Below are positions 10,189-20,006 of a stretch of DNA of 55,211 nucleotides, piece by piece. Origin of the DNA: Candidatus Eiseniibacteriota bacterium (GTDB taxonomy: Bacteria; Eisenbacteria; RBG-16-71-46); assembly GCA_044222065.1 (NCBI GenBank), contig JBGAOA010000023.1:1-55211 (forward strand). Direction: 5' to 3'. Within the stretch, counting starts at the first letter, position 1, and every line of letters starts with the position of its first letter. The notes below the pieces were generated by a model. That model searched no databases, was not told the origin of the DNA, and was given only the letters and a program-made list of their open reading frames with translations. The translations under genes and the position numbers were made by a program.

Positions 10189-10906
10189 TGCCGTCCGCCG
10201 GCATCTCGGCGCGCAGCATCCAGCCCTGAGGGGCGACCCAGAACAGGAACTGCGACGGGCCGACCGCGAGCGCGAACTTGCGCGCGGTCACGGGGCGCGC
10301 ACCCCAGCGCAGCGCTTCGGTGCCGACGAGACGCACGACGCCGGACTGGATCGTGTCGGGATTGCCGACGACGAACAGGTTGATCGGCGCCGAGTCGAGC
10401 CCGCGGCCGCCGTAGTAGCGGGCGATGACGTCGATCAGCGACAGGCTCATCGGCTCGAGCGCGAACGTGCGTCCGGGCGGCGAGAGGTACGTGACGCCCT
10501 CGCCCTGCTCGTTCGCCTCGCGGAACGCCGTGATGACCGTGTCGCCGCGCGTGAGCGCGCGCAGCCCGAGCTGGCGTCCGCTTCGGAAGAGAACCGACTG
10601 ATAGGTGTTGAGGTCGTAGTCGAACGCCCGCACGATGACGTTCGCATGCTTGAGGATCGAATCGCCGTCGGCGAGACGCTGGACGAACTCGCTCGTGACC
10701 AGCAGGCTGTCGCGGTGGTAGGACCAGGCGAAGTGCTCGGTGGCGACGGTCCGGCCGCCGACCATGACGCGGAAGTCGCCCTCGTCGAGCAGCACCGCCG
10801 GGGCGACGGGATCGTGAGGAATCGGGAACTTGTAGTTGTCGGCGCGCGCCGGAGCGGTGAGGGCCGCGACGGCCGCGAGGCACAGGGTCAGGGTGAGTGA
10901 TTTCAC
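10091..10906 (-). CDS. Hypothetical secreted protein
   Basis: GTG start, signal peptide ending APARA; beta-rich globular sequence; 3' end overlaps pepA. Confidence 0.7.
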   Translation of the reverse strand: MKSLTLTLCLAAVAALTAPARADNYKFPIPHDPVAPAVLLDEGDFRVMVGGRTVATEHFAWSYHRDSLLVTSEFVQRLADGDSILKHANVIVRAFDYDLNTYQSVLFRSGRQLGLRALTRGDTVITAFREANEQGEGVTYLSPPGRTFALEPMSLSLIDVIARYYGGRGLDSAPINLFVVGNPDTIQSGVVRLVGTEALRWGARPVTARKFALAVGPSQFLFWVAPQGWMLRAEMPADGITVERVAAPVKRAAPPKPRPGSSAAPAAPSSK

Positions 10907-10920
10907 GGCGACGAGGTCAG

Positions 10921-11043
10921 GCTCCGTTTGCAAAGCCGAATGCAAGGCGGCGAGGGAGTGAGGAACGAGGCGTATCCGAGGGATACTCCGCAGTGACGAA
11001 CGACCGAGCTAACGCAGCAGTCGGATTTTCAAACGGAGGCTAG
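10921..11043. repeat. Structured intergenic repeat, copy A (MITE/ncRNA-like)
   Basis: Outer stem 10922-10943/11017-11038 (19 of 22 paired); core TGCAAGGCGGCGAG...CTCCGCAGTGACGAACGACCGAGC shared with 20007-20146; ends in CTAG. Confidence 0.8.
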
Positions 11044-11060
11044 CACGGGAGGAACGGACG

Positions 11061-11495
11061 ATGTCAGGAGCATGGAAATCGGCGGTCGCACTCGCGGCCC
11101 TCGTCGCGGCGCTCGGACTCGCGGGGTGCGGCGCGGGAGGCGCGAAGCCGGCGGGTGGCGGGGACGCGACGCAGTCGACGAACCCCGGCGCGATGACGCC
11201 CGACGAACTGCACGCGTTCCTCGCCGAGCATCCCGAGGCTCACGTGCTCGACGTGCGCCAGCCCGAGGAGTGGAACGACCGTTACGGGCACATCGAGGGC
11301 TCGACGCAGATCCCGCTGCCCGAACTGCCCGCGCGGATCGGCGAGATCGAGGCGTGGAAGGGCGACCCCGTGATCGCGGTGTGCACGGTCGGCGCGCGCA
11401 GCGGGCAGGCCGCCTCGATCCTCGCCGACAACGGCTTCGCGCACGCCTACAACCTCACGGGCGGCCTCGTCGCCTGGCGGTCGAAGAGGTACTGA
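11061..11495 (+). CDS. Rhodanese-like domain lipoprotein
   Basis: Lipobox LGLAG-C; LDVRQPEEW..GHIEGS, active loop CTVGARS, NLTGGLVAW. Confidence 0.9.
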   Translation: MSGAWKSAVALAALVAALGLAGCGAGGAKPAGGGDATQSTNPGAMTPDELHAFLAEHPEAHVLDVRQPEEWNDRYGHIEGSTQIPLPELPARIGEIEAWKGDPVIAVCTVGARSGQAASILADNGFAHAYNLTGGLVAWRSKRY

Positions 11496-11501
11496 GGCGC
11501 T

Positions 11502-12878
11502 TCAGCTCGCCGCCGGCTCCAGTCGCGCGACGCACTCGATGTGCGGCGTGTGCGGGAACAAGTCGAACGGCGTGATCTCGGCGAGCGCGTACCCGTGCGC
11601 GGCGAAGTCCTTGAGGTCGCGCGCGAGCGTGCCGGGATTGCAGGACACGTAGACGATGCGCTTCGGGCGCAGCTCCGCGCAGCGGAACACGACGCGCGGG
11701 TGGAGCCCCGCGCGCGGCGGGTCCACGACGACGAGGTCCGCCTCGGGGCGTCCCTGCCGCGCGCCCTGCGCCCACTCGCGCAGCACGCGCCGCGCTTCGC
11801 CCTCGACGAAGCGCGCGTTCGAGAGCCCGTTGCGCGCGGCGTTCGCGTTCGCGGCGGCGATCGCCTCGGGCACGCTCTCGACGCCGACCGCCTCGCGGCA
11901 CGCGCGCGCAAACAGCAGCGTGAGCGTGCCGGTGCCGCAGTAGAGGTCGAGCACGCGCTCCGAGCCCTCGAGCCGCGCGGCCTCGATCGCGCCCGTGTAG
12001 AGCTTCTCGGCCTGCCGGCTGTTCGTCTGCAGGAACGCGTTCGCCGACGCCTCGAACTCGAGCCCGAGGAGCCGTTCGCGGATCGTGCCCTCGCCGACGA
12101 GCACGCGCTCGGCCTCGCCGAACGCGATGTTCGAGCGCGAGTCGTTCGTCAGCAGCGTCACGGTGCGCACCGCGGGCGAGAGCGCCGCGACCGCGCGCGC
12201 CCACGTCTCGAGCGCGGGCACCTCGCCGTTCGCCGCGACGAGGTGCACGCCGCCTTCGCCCGTGAGCGGCAGGTCGCGCACGGTGAGGAAGCGCACGACG
12301 CCGTCGTGATGCGCCGGGTGGTACGCGCGCCACCGATGCTCGCGCGCGAAGCGCTGCGTGAGCCGCACGATCTCGACCGTGAGTTCGCTCGGCAGCCAGC
12401 ACGTTTCGACTTCGAAGATGCGGTCGAAGAGTCCGCGGTGGTGGAGCCCGAGCACGGGCGCGCCGTCGTCGCCGGGCGCGAAGCTGAACTCCATCTTGTT
12501 GCGGTAGCGGAACGGCTCGGGGGCCGTGACGATCGGGCGCACGAGCGGATCGCGGAGGCCGCCGAGGTGTTCGAGCGTCTCGCGCACCTGCCGCTCCTTG
12601 AGCGCGGCCTGGCGCGCGTAGGGCAGCTCCTGCAGCCGGCAGCCGCCGCACACGTCCACGTGCGGGCAGCGGGCCGGCTCGCGCTCGGCCGACGGTTCGA
12701 GCAGCCGGGTCAGCTTTGCCTCGGCCCAGCCCCGCTTCACGCGCGTGATGCGCGCCTCGATCACGTCGCCCGGGAGCCCGCGGTCCACGAACACGACGCG
12801 CCCGTCCACGCGGCACAGGGCCTTCCCGCCGAGCGCCACGTCCTCGACGGTGAGTTTTGACAGCTCGTTGACTCGCAT
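11502..12878 (-). CDS. rlmD: 23S rRNA (uracil-C5)-methyltransferase RlmD/RumA
   Basis: TRAM N-domain, CPHVDVCGGC Fe-S motif, YRNKMEF, FLQTN, LDLYCGTG, DPPRAG, YVSCNPGTLARD, DLFPHTPHIE. Confidence 0.95.
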   Translation of the reverse strand: MRVNELSKLTVEDVALGGKALCRVDGRVVFVDRGLPGDVIEARITRVKRGWAEAKLTRLLEPSAEREPARCPHVDVCGGCRLQELPYARQAALKERQVRETLEHLGGLRDPLVRPIVTAPEPFRYRNKMEFSFAPGDDGAPVLGLHHRGLFDRIFEVETCWLPSELTVEIVRLTQRFAREHRWRAYHPAHHDGVVRFLTVRDLPLTGEGGVHLVAANGEVPALETWARAVAALSPAVRTVTLLTNDSRSNIAFGEAERVLVGEGTIRERLLGLEFEASANAFLQTNSRQAEKLYTGAIEAARLEGSERVLDLYCGTGTLTLLFARACREAVGVESVPEAIAAANANAARNGLSNARFVEGEARRVLREWAQGARQGRPEADLVVVDPPRAGLHPRVVFRCAELRPKRIVYVSCNPGTLARDLKDFAAHGYALAEITPFDLFPHTPHIECVARLEPAAS

Positions 12879-12999
12879 GGTCGGAGCGGGAGTGTCGGGG
12901 TCCCAACGCGCGGGATGCGGCGGCCGTCTAAGGGGGTCGTAACGAGTCGGCTGCCGGGCGAAATGCGTCCGGGCACAAGCTAGCACAGGGGGTACAGCG

Positions 13000-14109
13000 A
13001 TGTTTCGAACGGGCGTCACCAGGGTCGCAGTGGGGCTGTTGCTGATCGCGGGGCTCGCCGGAGCCGCGATCGTGTCGAAGGCGAACGCGGCCGAAGAGCG
13101 GCCGATGCTCGGCATCACGATGCAGGATCTCGGTCGCGACATGCGCGACGCGCTCGACTACCACGGCGCCGGCGTGCTCGTGACGCGCGTGCTCGACGGC
13201 ACGGCCGCCGACCGCGCGGGGCTCCGCAAGGGCGACCTGATCGTGAGCCTCAACTCGCGCGACGTGAATTCCAGCGAGGAGCTGTCGGACCGCATCTCGA
13301 ACATGCGCGTCGGCCAGTCGGTGACGCTGCGCGTCAAGCGCGACGGCGACTGGCGCACGATCACCGCGACGCTCGGCGCCCGCGACGACGAGGGCGAGGA
13401 CCGGTCGTTCTCGTGGCGCAGCGACGGGGACGAAGACGAGGAGGCGCCGACTCCGCCCGCGCCGCCCCGCGCGCCCCGGTCGCCCCGCGCCCCTTCGGCG
13501 CCGTCCGCGCCGCGCGCCCACGTCTTCCGGGTTCCCGACGGCGAGGGCCGCGAAGAGATCTTCAACTTCGACGACCTCGGTAACCGCATGATTCTTCCGG
13601 GGATCGGCCGCGGCCGGCTGGGCGTGAGAATTCAGGACATGAATCGGGACCTTTCGGAATACTTCGAGGGTACGAATGGGCGAGGAGCGCTCGTGATGGA
13701 CGTCGTCGAAGGTTCGGCGGCCGAGCGGGCGGGCCTCAAGGTGGGAGACGTCATCGTGAAGATCGATGACGAGTCGGTGGACGATTCGGAATCCCTGCTT
13801 CGTGCATTGCGGGACGAAGAGGGCCCCACGTCGGTCACCGTCGTCCGCAAGGGCGTGACGAAGACGCTCGAGGCGGATCTTCCGGAACGCGAAGTCAGGG
13901 ACCGTCGCGTTCTCCGCTACAAGAACGGCCCCGACGGGTTCGAGTGGCATGGGGACGGACTCGAAGGGCTCAAGGGACTGAAGGGACTGGGACCGCAGAT
14001 CCGCAAGCAGCTCCGCGAAGGCAACGACGATTCGGAACTGCGGCGCGAACTGCAGGAGTTGCGCGAGGAGCTTCGCGAACTGAGGCGCGAACTCGACGCG
14101 AGGAAGTAG
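13000..14109 (+). CDS. Secreted protein with two PDZ domains and C-terminal coiled coil (no protease domain)
   Basis: Signal peptide; two 'LG[IV]x[MI]QD...G[VA]LV..V..G.AA..AGL..GD.IV' PDZ units; ELRRELQELREELREL tail. Confidence 0.85.
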   Translation: MFRTGVTRVAVGLLLIAGLAGAAIVSKANAAEERPMLGITMQDLGRDMRDALDYHGAGVLVTRVLDGTAADRAGLRKGDLIVSLNSRDVNSSEELSDRISNMRVGQSVTLRVKRDGDWRTITATLGARDDEGEDRSFSWRSDGDEDEEAPTPPAPPRAPRSPRAPSAPSAPRAHVFRVPDGEGREEIFNFDDLGNRMILPGIGRGRLGVRIQDMNRDLSEYFEGTNGRGALVMDVVEGSAAERAGLKVGDVIVKIDDESVDDSESLLRALRDEEGPTSVTVVRKGVTKTLEADLPEREVRDRRVLRYKNGPDGFEWHGDGLEGLKGLKGLGPQIRKQLREGNDDSELRRELQELREELRELRRELDARK

Positions 14110-14381
14110 CAGCACCGAACGCCGCCCCAGGAGGAGCGTCGTCCGAACCACCCGAAGACATCAGATGCTTGCAAGGGGCGATCTGAAAGGGTGGAACGGA
14201 GCAGCGCGGCGCTCCTTCCGGCGGCGGTGAAAGACCGAGCCCGGCTCTCGCCAGCCGGGCTCGAGTCGTTTGGGGCGGGGGCGGCGGCGAACGACGCTTC
14301 GCTGGAGCGGCAGGCGCTGCGGCGCGAACGCGAGCGCGCTCGCTCGAAGTGCCGGCCGCTCAGCGCGGCCCGCCCGCCCGC

Positions 14382-14894
14382 TCAGCCCTCGATCGCGGCG
14401 CGCAGCTGCGCGAGCGCGCGCGAATGCGCTTCGAACGCGATGTTCTTCGGCAGGCGCGCGAGCGCGAAGAAGCGCGCTTCGATCGCGTCGTCGCCGGGCG
14501 TGAGGCGCCCGCCGGTGACGCGCGCGCGGTACAGCACCAGCACCGCGCGCACGCGCGGATCGTCGAAGCCCGCGTAGACGCCGAACAGCGAGTCGAGCTT
14601 CACGCGCAGGCCGGTCTCTTCGAACGCTTCGCGCCGAGCGCAGTGCTCGGGCGTCTCGCCGTACTCCATGAAACCCGCCGGGATGCACCACGCGCCCGCG
14701 CGCGGATCGTAGGCGCGCTTGACGAGCAGCACTTCGCGCCCGCGCGCGACGAGCACGCCCGCCGCGGGCGCCGGATTGCGGTAGTGGATGAAGCCGCAGT
14801 TCGGGCACGTCGCCCGCGGGGTGCCGTTGTCGTCGCGCCGCACGAGCTTCGTCGCGCAGCGCGGGCAGTAGAGGAAGTGCGGGCGGGTGGACAT
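14382..14894 (-). CDS. NUDIX hydrolase with N-terminal zinc ribbon
   Basis: CPRC...CPNC, YRNP, GFMEYGETPEHCARREAFEETG Nudix box. Confidence 0.92.
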   Translation of the reverse strand: MSTRPHFLYCPRCATKLVRRDDNGTPRATCPNCGFIHYRNPAPAAGVLVARGREVLLVKRAYDPRAGAWCIPAGFMEYGETPEHCARREAFEETGLRVKLDSLFGVYAGFDDPRVRAVLVLYRARVTGGRLTPGDDAIEARFFALARLPKNIAFEAHSRALAQLRAAIEG

Positions 14895-15006
14895 GGGCGC
14901 GCGAGGGTAGGGGCGGGCGCGCGACCGCGCAAGAACGCGAACGCGGCGCGGGGCTCGCACCCCGCGCCGCGTCACTTTCACCTCGCGCGCGTCGCCGCGC
15001 GCCGTG

Positions 15007-18000
15007 TCACCGCACGCGCACGATGCGCTTCGTCACCGACTCGCCGCGCGACAGCAGGCGCGCGAAGTACACGCCCGGCGACGCTTCGCGGCCGCCCGCC
15101 TCGCGGCCGTTCCAGCGCGCGGCGTGCACGCCGGCCCCGAAGCGCCCGTCCGCGAGCCGCGCGATCTCGCGGCCCGCGACGTCGTGGATCGTGAGCCGCG
15201 CGTCGGCCGCGAGCGGGAGTGCGAAGTCGAGCACGACGGCGCCGGACGACGGATTGGGGGAGGGATTCGCGAGCGCGAGGCTGCTCGCGACGAGTCCGTC
15301 GCCGACGCCGTTCACTTCGTGACGCATGCGGAAGTCCATCACCGCGCGCCCGCCGAGCACGGGCGTGAACCACGGCGTCGTCGGGAAGAACGGCGAGTTC
15401 GACTCGACGCGGCCGCGCACGGCGTAGCGCGCGCCCGGCGTGTAGCCGCCCGTCGGGCCGCCGAGCATCGGCGTCGAGCCCGGGCCCCACGCCGTGACGC
15501 TGCCGAGCATGCCGGCCGCGTTCACGCCGCCGCCGATCGCGTTCACCGCGACGTTCAGGAAGATCTTGTTCGGCCCGGCCGCGCTCCGCCCGACGTTTCC
15601 GAGCCAGAAGTAGTCCGCCTCGCCCGAGAGTCCGAGCGGCGCGATCGGCGTCGTGCCGTCGGTCAAGCGGATCAGGAAGCGGCGGTCGAGTCCGTTGAAG
15701 CCGTTCTCGACGTTGCCGAGGAACAGCTGCGCGAGCCCGCCGTCGAACGCGTTGTACGCCGGCGCGCCCACGATCACGTCGCCGAAGCCGTCGCCGTTCA
15801 CGTCGCCCGCGCCCGCCGTGCTGAAGCCGAACCAGTCGCCGCCGTTCGCGCCGTCGCGCGACCAGAACGGCGTCGTCGAGCCGAAGCCGGCGTACACGCG
15901 CGCGCCGCCCTGATCGGAGGCGCCCATCAGGTACGAGCCGACGACGATGTCGCTCGCGCCATCGCCGTTCACGTCGCCCGCGCTGCCGACGGACCAGCCG
16001 AGCTGGTCCTCGGCCGCGGCACCCACGATGCTCCACGCCGCGAGGCCGACGAGGCCGCCAGCGCCGCCGAGGTACACGTTCGCGACGCCCGCGTGGAGCG
16101 GCGCGCTGGACGAGTAGTAGGGGCCGCCGACGATCAGGTCGGAGTAGCCGTCGCCGTTCACGTCACCGGCGCCCGCGAGGCCGTAGCCGAGGTACTGCTG
16201 CGAGCGCGCCGCGATCACGAGCGACGGCGTGAGCGCCACACCCGTGTCGGTGCCGTAGTAGACGAGCACGCGCCCGGCGTCGGTGATCGTGATGAACGGA
16301 GTCGTCTGGTTGTCGAAGAGCGGCGCCGCGATCGCGATGTCCGAGAACCCGTCGCCGTTCACGTCGCCGATCCCGGCGACGCGGTCGCCGAGGTGCTCGT
16401 CCGCCTGGGAACCCGTGAAGATGCGGTCGGGCGAGAGGTGCGGTCCCGTCGGTCCGCCGAGATAGAGGAACGCGCGGCCCGCGCCCGAGCCGCCCGTGGG
16501 ATCGAGCGGCGAGCCGACGAGCACGTCCGAGTAGCCGTCGCCGTTCACGTCGCCCGCGCCCGCGACGTACGAGCCGAACAGCGCGCCCGGCGCGCCGATC
16601 GCCGTCCAGATCGGCGTGTTCGAGAGCACTCCGGGCCCGCCCGCGAACACGCGCGCGGCGCCGCCCGAGGCGCCGTACGGTGCGCCGACGATCCAGTCTT
16701 CGTAGCCGTCGCCGTTCACGTCGCCCGCGCCCGCGACCGAGAAGCCGAACGCTGCGCTCCAGTCGTCGCCGGGCCGCGACCACGCGGCCGCGCCGAGTCC
16801 GCTCGCCGAGCCCAGGTAGAGCGTGGCGCGTCCGTCGTCGCCGAACACTTCGTCGCGGAACGGCGCGCCGTAGATCACGTCGCCGAAGCCGTCGCCGTTC
16901 ACGTCGCCCGCGGCCGCGACCGACCAGCCGATGTTCTCGGCGAACTGCGAACCGCTCGGTCCCCACGCCGACGTCGTCTGCGGCTTGTTCGCCGAACCGA
17001 AGTAGAGCAGCGCGCGGCCTTCTTCGGTGTTCCCGTTCGACCAGCCGGGGCAGCCGACGACGAGGTCGCCGAAGCCGTCGCCGTTCACGTCGCCCGCCGC
17101 GCCGACGCCGGTGCCGAAGTGCTCGTTCGCGGCGTTTCCATAGAAGGTCAGCTGAGTCGGGAACGGCGCCGTGCCGGAGCGTCCGAGCACCACCGTCACC
17201 CCGCCCTGATCGGTCGTGCTGGGGCCGTCGTAGTCCGGGGCGCCGACCGCCACGTCGGCATAGCCGTCGCCGTTCACGTCGCCCGCGGGCCCGAGGATCG
17301 CGCCGTTGTGCGCGAACGTGCTTCCGCCGTCGCAGAGCCACACCAGATTTCCGGTCGAAGGCCCGCTCGGACCGCCCCAGTAGGCCCACGCGCTGCCGAA
17401 CTCGAAGAAGCCGCTGCCGCCCATGTTCGGCGCGCCGACCGCGATGTCGGCGTAGCCGTCGCCGTTGAAGTCGCCGGCCGTCGAGACGCACGCGCCGAAG
17501 CGCGCGCCGGTCTGGAAGCCGTTGATGATCACGGGCGGGATCTGGAACGTGCCGCCGAGTCCGCCCGCCGAACCGAAGTACACGCACAGTCGGCCGATCG
17601 CGCCCGAGCCGCCGTTGTAGTTCGGCGCGCCCACGACGACGTCGGCGTAGCCGTCGCCGTTCACGTCGCCCGCGCCGTGGACCGAGAAGCCGAACTGCGC
17701 GCCGACGCCGCAGAAGAACCCGCAGTAGAGCGCGCTGTTCCCCGCGGTGAGGCCGCCCGCGGCGCCGTAGTAGAGGCCGAACGTGCCGGACGAGGTGCCC
17801 GTGCAGGTCGCGGTCGGATCGCCCACGACGATGTCGTCGAAACCGTCGCCGTTCACGTCGCCCGCGGGCCCGAACGAGTAACCGAGCCCGCTCCCGGTGC
17901 CGGTGTTGAGCGTGAACGGCGTCGCGCCGGGTCCGCCCGGCCCGCCGTAGTAGACGCTCACCTGGCCGCCCGAGGCGAACAGGCTGCCCCAGCCGACGAT

Positions 18001-18375
18001 GAAGTCGTCGTAGCCGTCGTGGTTCACGTCGCCCGCGGGTGCCGCGTGCGGCTCCTGCGTCCAGCCGGTGCGCGTCCAGCCGGGCGTGAGCGCGGGGCCG
18101 GTCGCGGTGCCGTAGTAGAGGTCCGCGGTGCCGGTGCCCGAGGTCGAGCCCGAACGGGTGACGAGGAAGTCGGAGTAGCCGTCGCCGTTCACGTCGCCGG
18201 CCGTGACCGTCGAGGCGCCGTAGCGGCGGAAGTTCACGTTGCCCTCGACCGTCCAGCCCGAGAGCGTGAGGCCGTTCGTCTCGTTCGGAACGTTGGCGGC
18301 GCGGGCGGCGAGGGGGCTGGTCAGGGCGAACAGGGCGCACAGGAGCGCCGATCGGAACGACGGACGGGGATGCAT
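15007..18375 (-). CDS. Secreted FG-GAP (integrin-alpha-like) repeat protein with C-terminal FlgD-Ig/T9SS-A-like domain
   Basis: Signal peptide; 14 GD[VF]N[GH]DG repeats; C-terminus NPSPNP...LTIHDVAGREIARL...WNG...GVYFARL...RIVRVR. Confidence 0.9.
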   Translation of the reverse strand: MHPRPSFRSALLCALFALTSPLAARAANVPNETNGLTLSGWTVEGNVNFRRYGASTVTAGDVNGDGYSDFLVTRSGSTSGTGTADLYYGTATGPALTPGWTRTGWTQEPHAAPAGDVNHDGYDDFIVGWGSLFASGGQVSVYYGGPGGPGATPFTLNTGTGSGLGYSFGPAGDVNGDGFDDIVVGDPTATCTGTSSGTFGLYYGAAGGLTAGNSALYCGFFCGVGAQFGFSVHGAGDVNGDGYADVVVGAPNYNGGSGAIGRLCVYFGSAGGLGGTFQIPPVIINGFQTGARFGACVSTAGDFNGDGYADIAVGAPNMGGSGFFEFGSAWAYWGGPSGPSTGNLVWLCDGGSTFAHNGAILGPAGDVNGDGYADVAVGAPDYDGPSTTDQGGVTVVLGRSGTAPFPTQLTFYGNAANEHFGTGVGAAGDVNGDGFGDLVVGCPGWSNGNTEEGRALLYFGSANKPQTTSAWGPSGSQFAENIGWSVAAAGDVNGDGFGDVIYGAPFRDEVFGDDGRATLYLGSASGLGAAAWSRPGDDWSAAFGFSVAGAGDVNGDGYEDWIVGAPYGASGGAARVFAGGPGVLSNTPIWTAIGAPGALFGSYVAGAGDVNGDGYSDVLVGSPLDPTGGSGAGRAFLYLGGPTGPHLSPDRIFTGSQADEHLGDRVAGIGDVNGDGFSDIAIAAPLFDNQTTPFITITDAGRVLVYYGTDTGVALTPSLVIAARSQQYLGYGLAGAGDVNGDGYSDLIVGGPYYSSSAPLHAGVANVYLGGAGGLVGLAAWSIVGAAAEDQLGWSVGSAGDVNGDGASDIVVGSYLMGASDQGGARVYAGFGSTTPFWSRDGANGGDWFGFSTAGAGDVNGDGFGDVIVGAPAYNAFDGGLAQLFLGNVENGFNGLDRRFLIRLTDGTTPIAPLGLSGEADYFWLGNVGRSAAGPNKIFLNVAVNAIGGGVNAAGMLGSVTAWGPGSTPMLGGPTGGYTPGARYAVRGRVESNSPFFPTTPWFTPVLGGRAVMDFRMRHEVNGVGDGLVASSLALANPSPNPSSGAVVLDFALPLAADARLTIHDVAGREIARLADGRFGAGVHAARWNGREAGGREASPGVYFARLLSRGESVTKRIVRVR

Positions 18376-18516
18376 GGGAGGCTCCTCGGTGGGGTGGGTC
18401 GGTCTACGAGGAAGCCAACGGACGCCGGCGCGCGGGATCACACGCCGGGGCGCGAAAAACAGGGATTTCGCGCTGCCCGACGCGGGGCGCCCGGCGTGAG
18501 GCGGAGACCGGAGCGG

Positions 18517-19893
18517 CTACTTTCCGGCGAGGCCGGCGAGCCGCTTCTTGAAGCCGTCGATCCGCCCCTGCGAGCGCTGGCCCTCGGGCAGCGCCTCGGC
18601 GAAGGCGATCGCGTCCTCGACCGTCTTGCGGGCGTTTTCGAAGTCGCCCTTCGCTTCGAACACTTCGGAGCGCAGCTGGTAGAAGTTCAGCTTGCGGGGC
18701 CCGTAGGCCTTCGCCATCGCGCGGTCCGAGGCGGCGAGCGCGTCGTCCCAGCGCTTCATCGCCTTGTACGCCGCGGCGAGACGCGCGGGCGGGTTGTAGT
18801 CGTCGGGCATCGCCCGCTCCGACGCCTGCAGCATCGGCACCGCCTTCTCGGGCGTGCCGAGCTCGAGGTAGGCCGAGAGCCGGTGCGAATCGAACACCGC
18901 GCGCGCGTCGGGCGTCTTCGCCTTCGCGGCTTCGGCGTCGAGGAATCGCGACCAGCGCTCGAGCGCGGCGTGCGCGCCGGCCTCGTCGCCCGCGTCCTGC
19001 CGGGCGCTCGCGAGGTCGGCGAGCAGGCTCGAGCGGTCGTCGCCCTCGACCACGATCGCGGGGTCGTCGGCGATCTCGCGGCACGCCGCTTCGAACTCGG
19101 CGACCCACGCGGCCCGCTGCGGATGCGACTTGTCGAGCGCGAGCGCGCCGTCGAGTCCGCTCACGGCGACGGTGACCGCGCTCGCGCGCTTGCGCACGCG
19201 CGGCAGCGCTTCGCGCGCCAGCGTCACCACGCCTTCGTTGTCGTCCGCCATGGACATCGAGAACAGCGCGGCCTCGACGACGCGCGGGTATTCGCGCCAG
19301 TCCGCGGGCGCCGCCGCGAGCGCTTCGCGGTACGCGGCCGCGGCGCCGGCATGGTCACCCCGGCCGTAGAGCGCGTCGGCGCGCGCGAGCGCGGCGTCGA
19401 GCGGCGAACCCGAGGCGGGCGCGTGGCGCCGGTCCCACGCCGCGCGCTGCTCGTCGAAGAACGCGTCGAAGCGCGCGGCGCTCGCGCCGCCGACCCAGCG
19501 CACGATCACCGTCTCGCTGTCGGGGTCCACGAGGAAGTACGACGGCAGCGCCGGAATGGGGAACTTGCGGCGCACGGGCGCGTTCTTCGCGAGTTCCGAG
19601 TTGATGGCCAGCCAGACGAACCGTCCGGCGTGCCGCTCGAGGACCTTGTCGGTGAACACGTAGGCCCTCATCGAGCGGCACGTGTGTCACCAGGGCGCCC
19701 AGGCTTCGATGAAGAGCGGCACCTTGCGCGCCTTCGCCTCGGCCACGGCGCGCGTGTAGTCGTCCTCGATGAACGGCAGCACCATCGGCTTCGCGGGCGC
19801 GGCCTTTGACACGGCCGCCTTCGCGGGCGCCGCGGCGTGGGCCGCGGGCGCGGCGAGCGCGGCGAGGACGACGAGGAGGGCGATCGATCGCAT
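18517..19893 (-). CDS. Exported thioredoxin-fold (UxxC) + TPR protein, putative selenoprotein (in-frame UGA at 19687-19689)
   Basis: ORFs 19687..19902 and 18517..19671 share a frame, separated by one TGA: LFIEAWAPW-TGA-HTCRSMRAYVF; later 'FPIPALPSYFLVDP' cis-Pro region and TPR-like helices. Confidence 0.85.
19629..19682 (-). promoter_or_regulatory. Putative bacterial SECIS hairpin
   Basis: Starts 4 nt after the UGA: CGUGCCGCUCGA/UCGAGCGGCACG 12-bp perfect stem, then GGGCCU/AGGUCC and a small apical loop. Confidence 0.65.
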
Positions 19894-20006
19894 GGGCGGC
19901 ACTCTAGCAGTGGCCCCGCGGGCGGACCACCGCGGGGCCGCCGCGAAACGACGAACGCCCCGTCCGGGCGGACGAGGCGCCGTTCAGGAAGGCGTCGCCC
20001 CTCGGG

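Noticed and set aside
12971..12985. GGGCACAAGCTAGCA as a sigma54 promoter for the PDZ gene
   Set aside because: GGCAC-to-GC spacing is one base short of the strict -24/-12 geometry.
14161..14263. Hairpins between the PDZ and NUDIX genes (TCAGAT...ATCTGA; CGAGCCCGGCT/AGCCGGGCTCG) as a fourth repeat copy
   Set aside because: Only TGCAAGG is shared; the core and long closing stem are missing. More likely ordinary terminator-type hairpins.
15780..18200. Recurrent GCCGTCGCCGTTCACGTCGCCCGC DNA repeat resembling a CRISPR array
   Set aside because: It encodes the GDVNGDG FG-GAP motif in frame; spacing is ~160-200 nt, copies are degenerate and there are no cas genes.
15004..19809. Very long opposite-strand or alternate-frame ORFs (e.g. 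1601 aa at 15004-19809 +, 923 aa at 2318-5089 -, 827 aa at 39457-41940 +)
   Set aside because: Arg/Ala-rich shadow ORFs of well-supported genes; stops are rare at this GC content and they show no family motifs.
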